A stretch of DNA of 64,000 nucleotides from Stegostoma tigrinum (taxonomy: Eukaryota), in contig NC_081396.1 in the NCBI RefSeq assembly GCF_030684315.1, positions 1,736,001 to 1,800,000 of the forward strand. The letters are read 5' to 3'. Shown here piece by piece: positions 1 through 12,204 of this stretch. The first letter of the stretch is position 1; every line of letters begins with the position of its first letter. Made by a program: the position numbers and the translations under genes. The notes under the pieces are model-generated. The model worked only from the letters and a program-made list of their open reading frames with translations. It had not been told where the DNA came from and searched no databases.

Positions 1-377
1 AGGTTGGGAAAAATAAGCAAACATCTCCGAGTGGGTGATGGCAGAAATATAAGGTGTGAAATCCAGCGAGGATTGAAACTGAGCTGATTCGGCAGAGGAT
101 TGAATCTTAAACTCCAGTGATCAATTCAATATGCAAGATTTTAATGGTGAAATGGGAAATTATCTCATCAAAACGTATGGCCTGCAAATTAACAGACGTT
201 TGCTTCAGTCTGTCGATGCTCTTCCAGGTCAAAGCCACTGATTTGTATGAAATTAACTGGTGTATAAGATTCCCTGACTTACTTCTCCGGCTATTGTTCA
301 AAGTGAATGGATTAATTCCGGGCGGTAAGAATCTTAAAGTGACTTATTTTATGGCTTGTTATTCTTGGCTCTTACAG

Positions 378-684
378 GACTTTGTCGAGGCGAATCTGTC
401 TCACAAACACCGTTTGTAATCACCGTGACTGAGGGAGATGATGTCCAGTTGTTTTGTAATTACACTGCTACAGCAAGCGACGATCCCAACCTGTTCTGGT
501 ACCGTCAGAAAACCAGCGGATCGATGGAGTATCTGTTACAGAGAAGCCGATATATCAGAAACATGGAAAGATTTCCAGGAGATCGGCTTTCCTCGGATTT
601 TGACCATGCGAACCGCATTATCCAGCTGAAAGTGCTGAAAACAGAACTGACCGACTCTGCAGTGTATTACTGTGCTTTGAGACC
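378..684 (+). CDS. T-cell receptor alpha/delta-type variable (V) gene segment, V exon; open frame
   Basis: Acceptor cttacAG (376-377), then GLCRG-ESVSQ...LFCNY...LFWYRQK...TDSAVYYCALR with canonical Cys, Trp and YYC, followed directly by a 23-RSS. Leader exon not resolved. Confidence 0.92.
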
Positions 685-723
685 CACAGAGGCTCAGGAC
701 AAAAGTAACGCTGTACAAAAAAT
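685..723 (+). other. V(D)J recombination signal sequence (23-RSS)
   Basis: Heptamer CACAGAG 685-691, exact 23-nt spacer 692-714, nonamer ACAAAAAAT 715-723 (consensus CACAGTG/ACAAAAACC). Confidence 0.9.
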
Positions 724-3700
724 GTCAGAACGTAACAGAACATGTAAATGTGTCAGGCAACCAGTGAGATCAGAAATAGATCAAAATACATGATGGTATT
801 CAATAATTTTACTAGAAAATATAGCTTTTTGTTATAAAAATGTCATTTAAATGAACAACTGTCAGTTTAATGAATGAAACATATCGTGTTTTTTTTTGTT
901 TTTAAGGAGTCCCAAAGTCACGTATTTCACTTTGGCAGCAATGAGTTGGCATAGAAATGCAGCAAATAACTTTGGTCCAGCAAAATCCTCCAGTGAAACA
1001 GAGAATTTCAAAACTCAGTTCAAGAGGCAATGATTTGTCGTAGTTTTCTAATAATGAAACACTAGGACAACCTGAATAAAGTCAAACACAATGTGTTTCA
1101 TTGAGCAACTTATTTTCTTATATTTCCGCTTTTGTAACGAAAACATTGTTGTGCTGAACTTTTTTAAACCTATTGCTAACATTTCTACTAACATAAATAC
1201 GAATTTGTTTCGAGGTATTTTGTACTTTTGATGTTTCTGTATGTGGTGATAATGTACATTTTTGACTCTACTCTTCTGGCCCTGTACTAGTGTACGCCTG
1301 ACAATAAAACCTAAATTTAAATGCTAACAAGCCCAGGAGAGCTGGTGATAGATTCACTGCTCCCAGGTAATGGACACATGTTTTATAATATCAGTAAGAA
1401 AGCTAGTACTCACATTGAAAAATACTAAACAAGTGAAAAGATTCAGTTGTATATGATTACTGGATGACAGCTGGCAGTGAAAGTTTCAGTCACACGAATT
1501 TTGTGCTGATAGTAACAGAAACTCAGTCGCTTAGTTTTGGTCACAAGTTGAAAGAAACAAGATAGCAGTGACCAAATATTAAACTAAAGTGACACTAAGT
1601 AAGAATCATATTCATTCACCGTGAAAATAAATTGAAATTCCTGCAGACAATAACTTTTTTTTTCTTTTGCTGTATTATGGCCTTGATTGGAAAAGCAAGA
1701 AAATCCTCCCTCATTCTGTTGCCTCCTCTGATTGGATAAAATCTGTTAGCTTCTGGCTCTATCGAAACCGTATTTTATGCTTAGCTGCCCTATTGCCCTC
1801 TTTCTTTCATATTGATTCTGCATCATTCTTTGTATCAAGTTTAATTATTTTCATTATTTACCCTGGACAGTTTTTTTTCCCATGTTATACTCGGAAACCT
1901 ATATGGAAACAAGATGTATTATTGTTTGTAAACTTCCACAAATCAAATATTAGCCTAGATTTCAGTGTCAAGCTGGAATTATTTCTCCGTTTGTTATGGT
2001 TTCGTAAAACAGATTCGGGACATTGCTATAATGCGGAGTTTATTTCAGAATGATATGGACAGATTTATGGATCTTCAGGGAAATCACATGCTGAGAGAGA
2101 ACACACAAAGGTGTTGAGATTTGGAAAAGAATCATCTCATTGAGTGGAGGAGCAGGTTCGAATTGGCAATTGGAGTCGTTCAACTTTTACTCATTGTGAT
2201 CTTGTGACCAGCTCTTTTACATTTATGTCAGGAGAGTTGATTGGGCACCACTTCCGGACAAGAAGAATATATCAATTGGCAATGAAACTAAAATAATTCA
2301 TCTTCAGTTTACTCAAAGTAATGATTAGCTCTGAATTGTAACAAAAAATAGTTTCTGCTCCGTATGGTCAAATCTACAATCAGGTCTCAGGCTAAAAGAA
2401 TTCAGCTTCAGCTCCCCAGTTCAAAACCGTTATGACGTTTGTAATTACATTGGCCATCGTGATTTGCTTGTTCCATGCTGTTCGAGCTATCTTGATCTGT
2501 AAAATTAAAAAATGCAACGATTTTCATTTGCAAGCAATAATGATCAAATAACCTTCACTTTAACAGGGTGATGTCGTTGTTTGTAGCATTTCCACTTATT
2601 TTATTAGCATTGATCATTGTTTCTTTAAAGGATTAGACATCACTTTATTCTAGAGTTTTCGAGCTTCAGTCTTGCAGGATAGAGTCATAATACCAAATTA
2701 GCATGCGATTGTATTTCTTTGGTTTCGTTGTTCTGGTGATGAGCAACATCTTGGTATAAATGATTTAATTGAGGACAGTTGAAATGTATAAACAGGCAAT
2801 ATATTCTGATTAAGCGTCGACATTATCGTCATTACTGTTCATAATATGTAAAAGGAATTAGCTGGACATAAAATGAAGATGGCAAGAATTTAGTGAAGAC
2901 GGTTATTCATTTTAATGTGCAGGACACTGACAACAATTGTTAAGAATCTGGAGGTTGAATAGTATGACATCTCAGTGATTTCCCAAAGGGAACAGAAAAA
3001 TCAATTTTACTAAATTCGGTTTTGCAGCATCAAACAATGGAAAGTAATTTCAATGGAAATAGAAAACCGATAGCATTCACTCTCCAGTTTAGCATCATTG
3101 GTGGATAGTGTCGATTCATCATTTTACAATACCCAACATAAGTCATAAGATTTATTTTTGATTTAGAAATATGGCAGAAATTGAATCTCCACGAAGCTTT
3201 TTAACAATTCACGACAGAAGGGGAGTCAGAAAGAGTCAAGGACAGATGGAGATCAATTCCTTCCAAGAGACGACTGAAGAGTTGTTGTCTTTGAGACGTC
3301 CAATCTTCGAGTGGGAAACTAAATAATATCTAATTACAATATATTACAAGTGGTTGCTTACAACGTCGCCAATAGTCTATTCTTCAGTGAATAGAATGCA
3401 ATGTTATTATTTTTCCTTCCGTTCTCAACCACTGAGAGTCCTACACTTACCACTGAGAATCCAAAACGCGGCACGAAGTCTTAGACTTGACCTGCCTTTT
3501 TGTCTCTAGTGTAAGATTGGCTGAACTGTAATGCTAACTGCCTGACATCGATGTAGCCTGCTACAGACAAACACTTACAACGACTCCAACATTTATCAGC
3601 TTCAGAGAGCAAGGGATCCTGATGACAATCGACAAAATTCTGTCCTTATTCCACTCAAGGAAATTCAATACCATTTCAATAAGAGATACTGCTGCCCAAG

Positions 3701-5529
3701 ATATCCGTACATAGTACAATGAAAAACAAATGCAGTAAAAAAAAAGTGGTCACAACTGTACACAATCTTGGTGGCATTCTGTTCCCACTTCTCCACTATC
3801 CCCAAATCTAAAGTTTCAAAATTTTGGTAATCATCACAAATGTTACTTTGCATTTTAATAAAATCCATTTTGATAAGCACACTATTTCTTGTCGGCCTTA
3901 CTACAAATACAATCCATAAATTACCATAATATGGTGATACTATATGCACTGTATGTATCGGAAGAATGACAAGAGATTGCATTCTTATCCAAAGTTTTAT
4001 CTAAGATAAAGCTAAAACCACAAGTAGAGTAAGTATGAGATGCCTTTTGAATTTTTTTTACAGGAATGTTTTGGTAAAGAGACATCTAAATTAAACCAAA
4101 AAAAAAGCCAGTGAGCCTTTTCTTTAAGTGGGAATAACAGAAGCAGCGTCAATCGACGGGGCCAGGCTCCCATAGAACCAGTTTCTTTTTGTTTGTTTTT
4201 TTGGTAGGGTTAGGAAGTTAGCTTTATGGCTATCTGTTTCTTTTCCTACTAAATCTAAAAGACGTCAATTGCATCCATCTCTGCCAGAATCACATGTGAC
4301 ACAATCTGTTTTACTGAATTTTCCTTTACCAAGTGTGTTTTATCTAATGTTGCAATATTGGGACAGTTTCTGTTTCATCATTTTAAAAAAGCCTTTGATT
4401 CTGTAAAGTTTATTTTTAATAAAGTTAAAGTTGTGCCAATTCCCCTTTCCTCTTTTATAGTTTATCCAGGCGTTAAAATAAATTGTGTTCTTCTTAATAA
4501 TGTGTCGTATGACCTATTTGTTTACATCTATGACACACACCATATACTTAGCTTTCATTAGATAAAAGTTAAGGTTCAGGCTATCTCCGTGATATCAATT
4601 CAGGGGAGGGGCTTGGTTGTTTTGATCCATGGCATATATGTGATTGTATGTCGTTTTTTTGAACAACGGGAGAAAGCCTCCTGAATTCAATGACAAGCTT
4701 TGATATAGACTTGAAAAATGTAACTGTAGATATCACCAAGATGCATTTCTCTGCGTTGAAGCTCTCACGAGTATGGCAGTTCAATCAAATGGTACAAAAC
4801 CTGTCTTGCACCATCGCCTCCTTCCATTGAATCATGTCTGCGACTGGAATATGCAAGAACATCTGGCCCCACGATTTGAGGCATCAAGTTTGTTTTCCAA
4901 AAGATCGTTTCTTGTTTCGATCAGTGCGTGTCATCCATCTAAAATTCCACTTTCGAGTCACTTTTTTTTATTTGTCAGGAAACAGCTTCTCGTATGGCAG
5001 ACTGTGTTCCACACTTGGCAACAACAGCAAACATGACCCTTCACTTCCACACTTCAAATATTGACCACGAGAAAACCACTATACTCTCCCAGTTCTCGCT
5101 AAAGCTGCAAAGCCCCAGAAAGTCATCGTGCTTGTCCCTCCATAGAGAGAAACAACTGTTGATGTGATTAACCAGAGAATCGTTCGTCCTCAGGCAAAGG
5201 GGGGAAACTGAAAAGACGGTGCCTTCATGGGAAACTTCAGACAGTGCAGAATTTAATCGACGCTGTTGACATTGCTCTGCACAACTAACCAATCCTCCAG
5301 CCGACTTAACTAACTGACCACAATGTTTCAAAAGTACAACTATGTCGTTCACTTTAATAATATGACAAACAGAAATCCTGAAACTGTAGATGTTTGTTTA
5401 TCAAACTGCAATTAAGATGCATGCTATAAAATGCTTTTCCCTGTGGAACTGCTTGGTTTAAATAAATATTGCACTTTTCACTTGTGTTGCAGAACTAAGT
5501 CCTATCGCTTCTTCAGCTTCCAAAAGACA

Positions 5530-5599
5530 ATGCATGGGGCAGTAAAAGGACTCTTTTATGTCATTTGTTATCCTATTATTGCTGTTATTGGTGTTCCAG
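5530..5599 (+). CDS. GPR139/GPR142-like orphan class A GPCR, copy 1, exon 1 (MHGAVKGLFYVICYPIIAVIGVP)
   Basis: ATG at 5530; 70-nt exon ending CCAG|GTAAGT; its phase-1 join to 9693 restores the TM1 GVPAN motif; conserved in all three duplicons. Confidence 0.88.
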
Positions 5600-7164
5600 G
5601 TAAGTCATGGTTGCCAAAAAAGGGGTTTTCTTTTTATTTTGAAAATCTCCAGAAAGGTAATATTTTCACTTTCAGGAATGTAGGGGGACAACAAACGGTT
5701 TCCACATTTCTTTTTTATGCGTGATATGATATTACAATGTGATTTGGTGAATGATAGAGTATTAATTGTGCTTGTACAATGGAATATTGCTAAATATCGT
5801 TTAATTCAATATGCTGCACTTTTATGGAAATGTTGTTTATTAGACTGCTGAATCATGACTTACAATTATTCGCAATGTCTGAATAAATGGTCTGATAGAA
5901 ACCTTTAATTTTAACTTTTCAAAAAGAAAATGAGTATTTGTTGTGCGACAGGATTTTTTAAAATATAAAGCGCCAACTTAACAAAATACCTCAATGCGTG
6001 GATTTCTTGCTGGAGCAGAATATTACTTATTCCATACAGTCATGATACTGACAAAATGTTGACACACAAAAATAAACACGTTCACTGAGTACAGAATTTA
6101 CAGTCCGACTTTTGCAAGAATGTAACAGTTGCAGTAGAGTGAGTGTCCACACATAAGCTCCAATTTTTAACGTAATCTGATGAACTAATTCGGCAAATAT
6201 TTGAAAACATCTGAACAGGCGAGAAGTTTAATCTATTGCTGGTGAATACTCGCTCCTGATGGGTTTTGCATATTGTTAAACACGCATAAACCATAATAGG
6301 CTATGCTGGCCGGAATCAATAATCACTGTTCATTGCGAGTTTCTGAGAATGGTGAAAGGTTAAAATCAAAACGGTTGGAATGATTTTAAGCAACATGCGA
6401 GACTAGTCAGGAACAGTTGACGACTGTCAGTGATGGAAGGCTTCGCCCCACATTGGGACAGTTGAAACCGAAATCATTGTAATTCTGCATTGTCAGTTGA
6501 CTGAACTCAGCTATTGCTCACATCAAGCATGTAAGGAAGATCAGTAGGCAAGGCACTGTTTTGAATTATTCAATCATTAAACTTATTTGTTTTTCCAACA
6601 CAAGTTTAAGTTTAGTAATTGATGTAAGTAACTCATGAAATGTGTCAGGAAGGAGCAAGACCAGAATGTGCACCATATTAACGTTGGAAAGAAAGCTCAA
6701 ATTAATTCACGGACATGTTTAAATTTATAAGCATCAATTCGGACGAAAGCAATATAAAAATATGAATTCAAGATTTAAAGAAATTTTCAAGAAATGATCT
6801 TCAAATCTATATAAGTCAAGGTTCAGCCATCTAATAAATGGTATTCCGTAATGATGCAGATATGAATTGAATAACGTGTTGTAACAGTCCATTCAGTGAA
6901 CACAATTAATATGGTATCATTCACAATATTAAAGTGCTATATCATATAACACATAAAAATACAAGAAATTTGCAAATTGAATAATTCATGAATTCATACA
7001 CAAATTATACAAATAACCACGTTCTCTTTTTTCACAATTTGCAGCAATTCTTTTCCAGGAAATCAGAGATAATGGGAACTGCAGATGCTAGAGAATCCAA
7101 GATAACAAAGTATGAAGGTGGATGAACACAGCAGGCCAAGCAGCGTCTCAGGAGCACAGACGCT

Positions 7165-7192
7165 GACGTTTCGGGCCTAGACCCTTCATCAG
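7165..7192 (-). ncRNA. Minimal type-I hammerhead ribozyme motif (PLE family A)
   Basis: CUGAUGA-AGGGUCUAGGCCC-GAAACGUC on the minus strand. Confidence 0.72.
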
Positions 7193-7259
7193 GGAGGGGG
7201 ATGGGGAGAGGGTTCTGAAAAATAGAGGGTTTTTCAGAAGCCTCTCCCCATCCCCCTCT

Positions 7260-7287
7260 CTGATGAAGGGTCTAGGCCCGAAACGTC
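7260..7287 (+). ncRNA. Minimal type-I hammerhead ribozyme motif (PLE family A)
   Basis: CTGATGA AGGGTCTAGGCCC GAAACGTC: core, stem II, palindromic stem III and GUC cleavage triplet. Confidence 0.72.
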
Positions 7288-9692
7288 AGCTTTTGTGCTC
7301 CTGAGATGCTGCTTGGCCTGCTGTGTTCATCCAGCTTCACACTTTGTTATATTTTCCACGAAATGCTGTTTTTTCTGATAACTTTGATTTGAACTGCAGA
7401 TGCAGGTTTTCACAATTTCTTTGGCCACATTGTCTGGCACTAGCTCCTGTGCTGAGTATGATAGATGACTATAGCGAAATAAATAAGTAAATACCAACGA
7501 TTCTGTCTGATAATGCTAAAACTTAAAAAGGACCAATTAAATTAGAGAACGGGAGAGTAGGAACTGGCCTATCCCTTCCCTACCTCACCACCTACATTCA
7601 CCTTCACTGGCTCTAACCCTGCCTCTTTGACCTGGCTGTCACCTCTCACCGTATCTTCTCCTTTATCCATCTTCTATCCGCCTCCCCCGTTTCCCTCTTT
7701 ATTTGAAAATCCCCTTCCCTTCCCCCACCTCTGAAGACATGGCCCGACCCAAAACGACAAGCTTTCCTGCTCCTCTGATGCTGCTTGGCCTGCTGTGTTC
7801 ATCCAGTTTCACATGGTGTTGTCTCAAATTAAACAACGATATTGATTGACTTAAAGTAAATTTATAAACATGCACCAATTCACGCAGCTTGCCCCCTCCT
7901 TGAATGTGTAAACTCTTCCATTTCCGGCCACATGCACCCTGGCATCTGTCACGAGACTGTGAGTGACGTTGAATAACTGTGGGTGACTGTATGTTGTAGT
8001 GATCACGATTGAGTGAGTTTGAGCCGTTCAATCGGTTCACAGTTCACTGTTGATGCTCACTTGTGACTCATATTTAGTCACAAATTGTAATATATTCCAA
8101 AGCAAATTGTAACTAAAAGTTACCAGTTCTTCTGCTTGATCCTGGTATAAAACTGTTGCAATATTGTAACGTGGCTCGGAGTTATAACTTGCAGCGCTTT
8201 TCTTTAAGAGTTCAAGGGATTTCCATTTCAGGATGAATTCAACTCATGAAGTCAAGGCCCTACTTGTTTCTTCAGCGACTGAAGAATGTATGGTGGGAAA
8301 TCGTCACGGGAACTTTAAACAAAACTCTGAAACCAAATTACATAACGTACAGAATGGGATCGAATATCCTGTGTTTTGAGGCGTACTCAAGCACAGAAGT
8401 TTAGGAGTACTGTTACTTTGAGATTTTACAATGTCGCTCCTTATAATGTCAACTTGGGTACAAACACATCGTTACAAATCTTAGATGCAAAAGAGGAATT
8501 AAAAAGAAATGTATTTGCATTACTTTATCATCATCAAACAATAAGACATCGAAATAAGACATAGTTAAAAGGAGATATATTACAGTCAGATAAACAATTA
8601 CAAATGAAGAGTATATTGCAGCCGCTGAGCTCAGAAACCTCGACACATGGAGTAACTGCCTGAACCTGACCTGAGTCGAACAACTGTCCCGGTTCCATTG
8701 TATGCGTCCAATGCATTCCGCCCCAGAAGGTAAGTCTTCACTGGGACTACTTCCATACATTGGCCTCTACCGAGGACTCGCTCCTCATGCTTTTAGGTTG
8801 CTTCAGGTCTGCTTACCCTGAGCTGGCCACTGCACCCGACTCACTCCCTCCAACAGCGGGTGCTCCCAGACTGCTTGCCCCGTGACAGCATCCAAATTGA
8901 AATTCGCCTACAGGCCTCTCCAGCTCCTCAATTCCCCACCAGTTTAGTCCAGTTCATTACTTGAAAACAAAATCGTGGGAAGCAGAAGAAAACATGAGAG
9001 AGAAAAGAAAAAGAGAAAGAAAGGAAAAGAACGGGTGGGGAAGAGCGGTTGCCACAGTAACTTGTAAATCTGCGGCAAACTTGTGGTGGTACTTTACTAA
9101 CATTTTCCTCAAAAATTTATCTAATCAGAAACGTCCGAAAGAAGGCAGTTTTCAAAAGAGTTATACATGTGAAGCTGAAGGCGAAACCAATAATGAAGGA
9201 AGACAGAATCTGAAGGCTTCAGAAAGTAATAGAATTAGAGGAGTGTGGAAAATGTAGATGATTGTTCTTGATCACCAAAATGGCAGCAGTGGGATTTTGA
9301 AGACATTTGAAAATTCAGTTGTTCTGATTGTTCAGACTGCAATGTTGGCGCATGGGAAGTCAACATATGTCAATAACCACAGAACTGTTGAATTTCTTAG
9401 TATTACTTACTAAGTAAGAAGGTATGTAAGGTGACCCATAAGTATTTTGGACAGTTTTGGGATGTGAAACCTAAACACGAGGGTAGATTCAGTGAACACA
9501 CAGTAGGTTTTGGGGTAGCAACTGACTTCAATGCCTTATATATTCACATACGTTTAGTCAAACAATAAACTTCAAATGGAATGTCCTTTGAATAGTCAAG
9601 AGTCTGAAGTTGTACTTTCGTAAAATACTGGATGAAACAGAGCCTAATGTTTCGAATAAGCTTAATAACATTTCTCTCTATTTCTTTCTCAG

Positions 9693-10591
9693 CCAATTTG
9701 CTAGCAATTGTAATCCTATCCCGAGGACGTTGTGGGCTCTCCAAATGCATCACCTGCTATCTGTTGGCAATAGCTGTCTATGATTGTCTCGTCATAATAA
9801 TTTCCGTAATCCTAAACAGGATTGGCCGCATTTATTTTGCGTACAGTGTCTTGTCAACCACCCCAGTGTGTAGCATTATTGCGGTGCTAGTGTATAGCAC
9901 ACGTGATGGCTCAGTCTGGCTGACAGTGGCCTTCACCATCGATCGTTTTGTTGCCATTTGCTGCCAGAAACTGAAGGCCAGATACTGCACTGAAAAAACT
10001 GTGTCATTGGTCATTGGAACAGTCTGCATCCTGAGCTGCATCAAGAATGTCCCTTTATACTTCATCTACAAGCCTTTGTACACAATTAGGGGAGTACCCT
10101 GGTTCTGCAATATCAAGTCCACTTATTACACATCTCCTGTTTGGCAGGCATACGACATGCTAGACCCTATCTTAATCCCCATTTTCCCATTTGTTCTCAT
10201 TTTTCTTCTCAATGCTTTGACTATAAAGCACATTTTAGTGGCCAACAGATCCCGTCAGAGGCTTCGTGGTATTGAGAACCATCAAGATCCTGAGATTATG
10301 AATCGCAAGAGATCCATTGTCTTGCTTTTTGCTATTTCACTCAGCTTTATCCTCCTGTGGGCTACCCAGGTCGGGCGTTTCCTCTACGTGCGAGTTAGAG
10401 GTGCAGGTTATTTCAACAGCCAGAATTTCAAAGACCCACAGTACATACTTTCAGAGACAACTAACATGCTCCAGCTACTCAGCTCCTGCAACAACGTTTT
10501 TATCTATGTCATGTCTCAGAATAAGTTTAGACAGGATGTTAAGGTGGTGATGAAATATCCCTTCATTATCCATAGGAGTTTATTCAAATGA
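9693..10591 (+). CDS. GPR139/GPR142-like orphan class A GPCR, copy 1, exon 2 (join 5530..5599,9693..10591; 322 aa)
   Basis: Polypyrimidine tract and AG at 9691-9692; seven hydrophobic segments; TVAFTIDRFVAIC (DRY-like); ECL2 WFC; TM7 SSCNNVFIY; helix 8 KFR; TGA at 10589. Confidence 0.92.
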
Positions 10592-12204
10592 TAGGAAAAC
10601 AAAATTTCTCGATCTTACTTCTCTCCTATTAGTTTGCAATGCTTTTTCACGAATTCAAATCTGAAATTAGTGGATAGAGCCTCCTGACTCGAAAGGTGTG
10701 ATGTCCATTGTCCAGCTGAGGTAGTTCTAGATTATTAATTCCAAAGTAATCAGAAATTATCGGACCTCTGGTCTTACACGATGAGATGCTCAGGCATGGA
10801 GCAGATCTGTACTCAACATTTCAATTCTGCAGTGTTCTGGGCCTATGTTGATTCATTTACTCTTTTTTTCCAATCACTCACTCTCTCTCCTCCCTCCCTC
10901 TTAAACGTCCTTCGAACCTTTGTTTCTTGTTTCCATACTGTCATCATGATGTGACCCATACGCTCCTCTAGGTTTTTGAAAAGTGAATTCAGCTTTCTTC
11001 CCAGAGTTGCTCACAGATCCGCTCATCACCTCCAGTAATATATATTGAAATTGTCCTCGTGTTAGATCCTGAATTTTGTGCCTTTAGCATTATGAGCTCA
11101 CGGACTGAAAGTCAGCAGACATGGATGAACTGCAGTAAAAGTTTAAAAACTTGACTCTACTGTACAATTCTCCACGGAACTTGGGACAATTTGGATCCAA
11201 TGGGAACTTTTTGGTTGTTCAAATTCCCGAGAGTAATGTGTTCATCTCACTTCTTGGTTTCCGTTTTATTCATTGCCTGGAGAGCAACTCTCCTCGCAAC
11301 GTTCCTTCCAAACCTTGTGTATTTTTTTTTCGAAAATTGACTCATTCCTTATGGGTCAACTTCAAAATGAAAATGACTCCAAAATATCACATGTTGCATG
11401 ATTTCTCTGTGACCTGGATGGAAGTTACAAAACTCTGACAAGTCTAGAATCTGTCTTTTCCACCAAACCGAGTTTCATTTCAGGATTCAAGCTATTAGTT
11501 TCATGATGAGGAGGTATGAGTGGGTGGACTCATAAAATGAGAAGAAAGGGCAGTTTTTGCTTCTTTTAAACGCCTTTGAATAAACTGATTCGGAAATAAA
11601 GTCATTGAAGTTACAGTTCTCTTTGTAATTGTGTGTTATTAGAGTGTCATTAAGGACATTTCAAAAGGATGTTCCATAGCCCTCCCCATCATCGATCCCA
11701 TTGCTTTTCACACAATCTTGTTCCTTTGCAATCTGTGAGTCATTCCATAGCTGTGTACTTTAATGAACCTCTGAACTCGGAATCGTCTGTTAATTATGTC
11801 CCCTTAAGATTGTGTGCCGTTTTAATGATCAGTGAGGTGTCTTCTCCAGGTAGAATGTCAATGATACTCAAACAAGAGCAACTCCTTCCGCTTCCTTTCC
11901 TAGTTTCAGAGGCGGACCCACTCTCAGAATTCTTTAATTCTGCAGCCTTCAGCACAACGTGGATAAGAGCTGCCAAAGTCCTGTGAAATCTATGTTTTCT
12001 TTTTTTAGTTTTTTGAAGCATGCACGTGCATCACACATAAACATCATTACAGTTGAAGTCAGAGCAGATTATACCATTTGACCCTTGAGATTGGACCATC
12101 ATTCCACAAAACCATGGTTAATGGCATAGCTGCTGAAAACCCAAATTTCTCCAGTGTCAATAAACATTGGCTTTCATAGAAATCCTCGTTACAAAACAAA
12201 ACAA

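Larger units (their letters stand above)
7064..7351. mobile_element. Fold-back non-autonomous Penelope-derived insertion in the GPCR1 intron
   Basis: 121-bp inverted arms 7102-7222 and 7230-7350; TSD ttttccaggaaat/ttttccacgaaat; site empty in copies 2 and 3. Confidence 0.8.

Noticed and set aside
312-329. ttaattcYgggcggtaag shared with 56686-56703
   Set aside because: A 17/18 match is expected by chance among all pairs in 64 kb, and the flanks do not align convincingly.
4490-4545. Minus-strand CHRCKQIGH zinc-knuckle-like peptide
   Set aside because: Lacks the final Cys, is not preserved in the paralogous copies and is surrounded by stops.
9832-10065. Antisense 77-aa ORF conserved in all three GPCR copies (also 29461-29694 and 41434-41667)
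   Set aside because: Shadow of the conserved GPCR exon; no independent signal.
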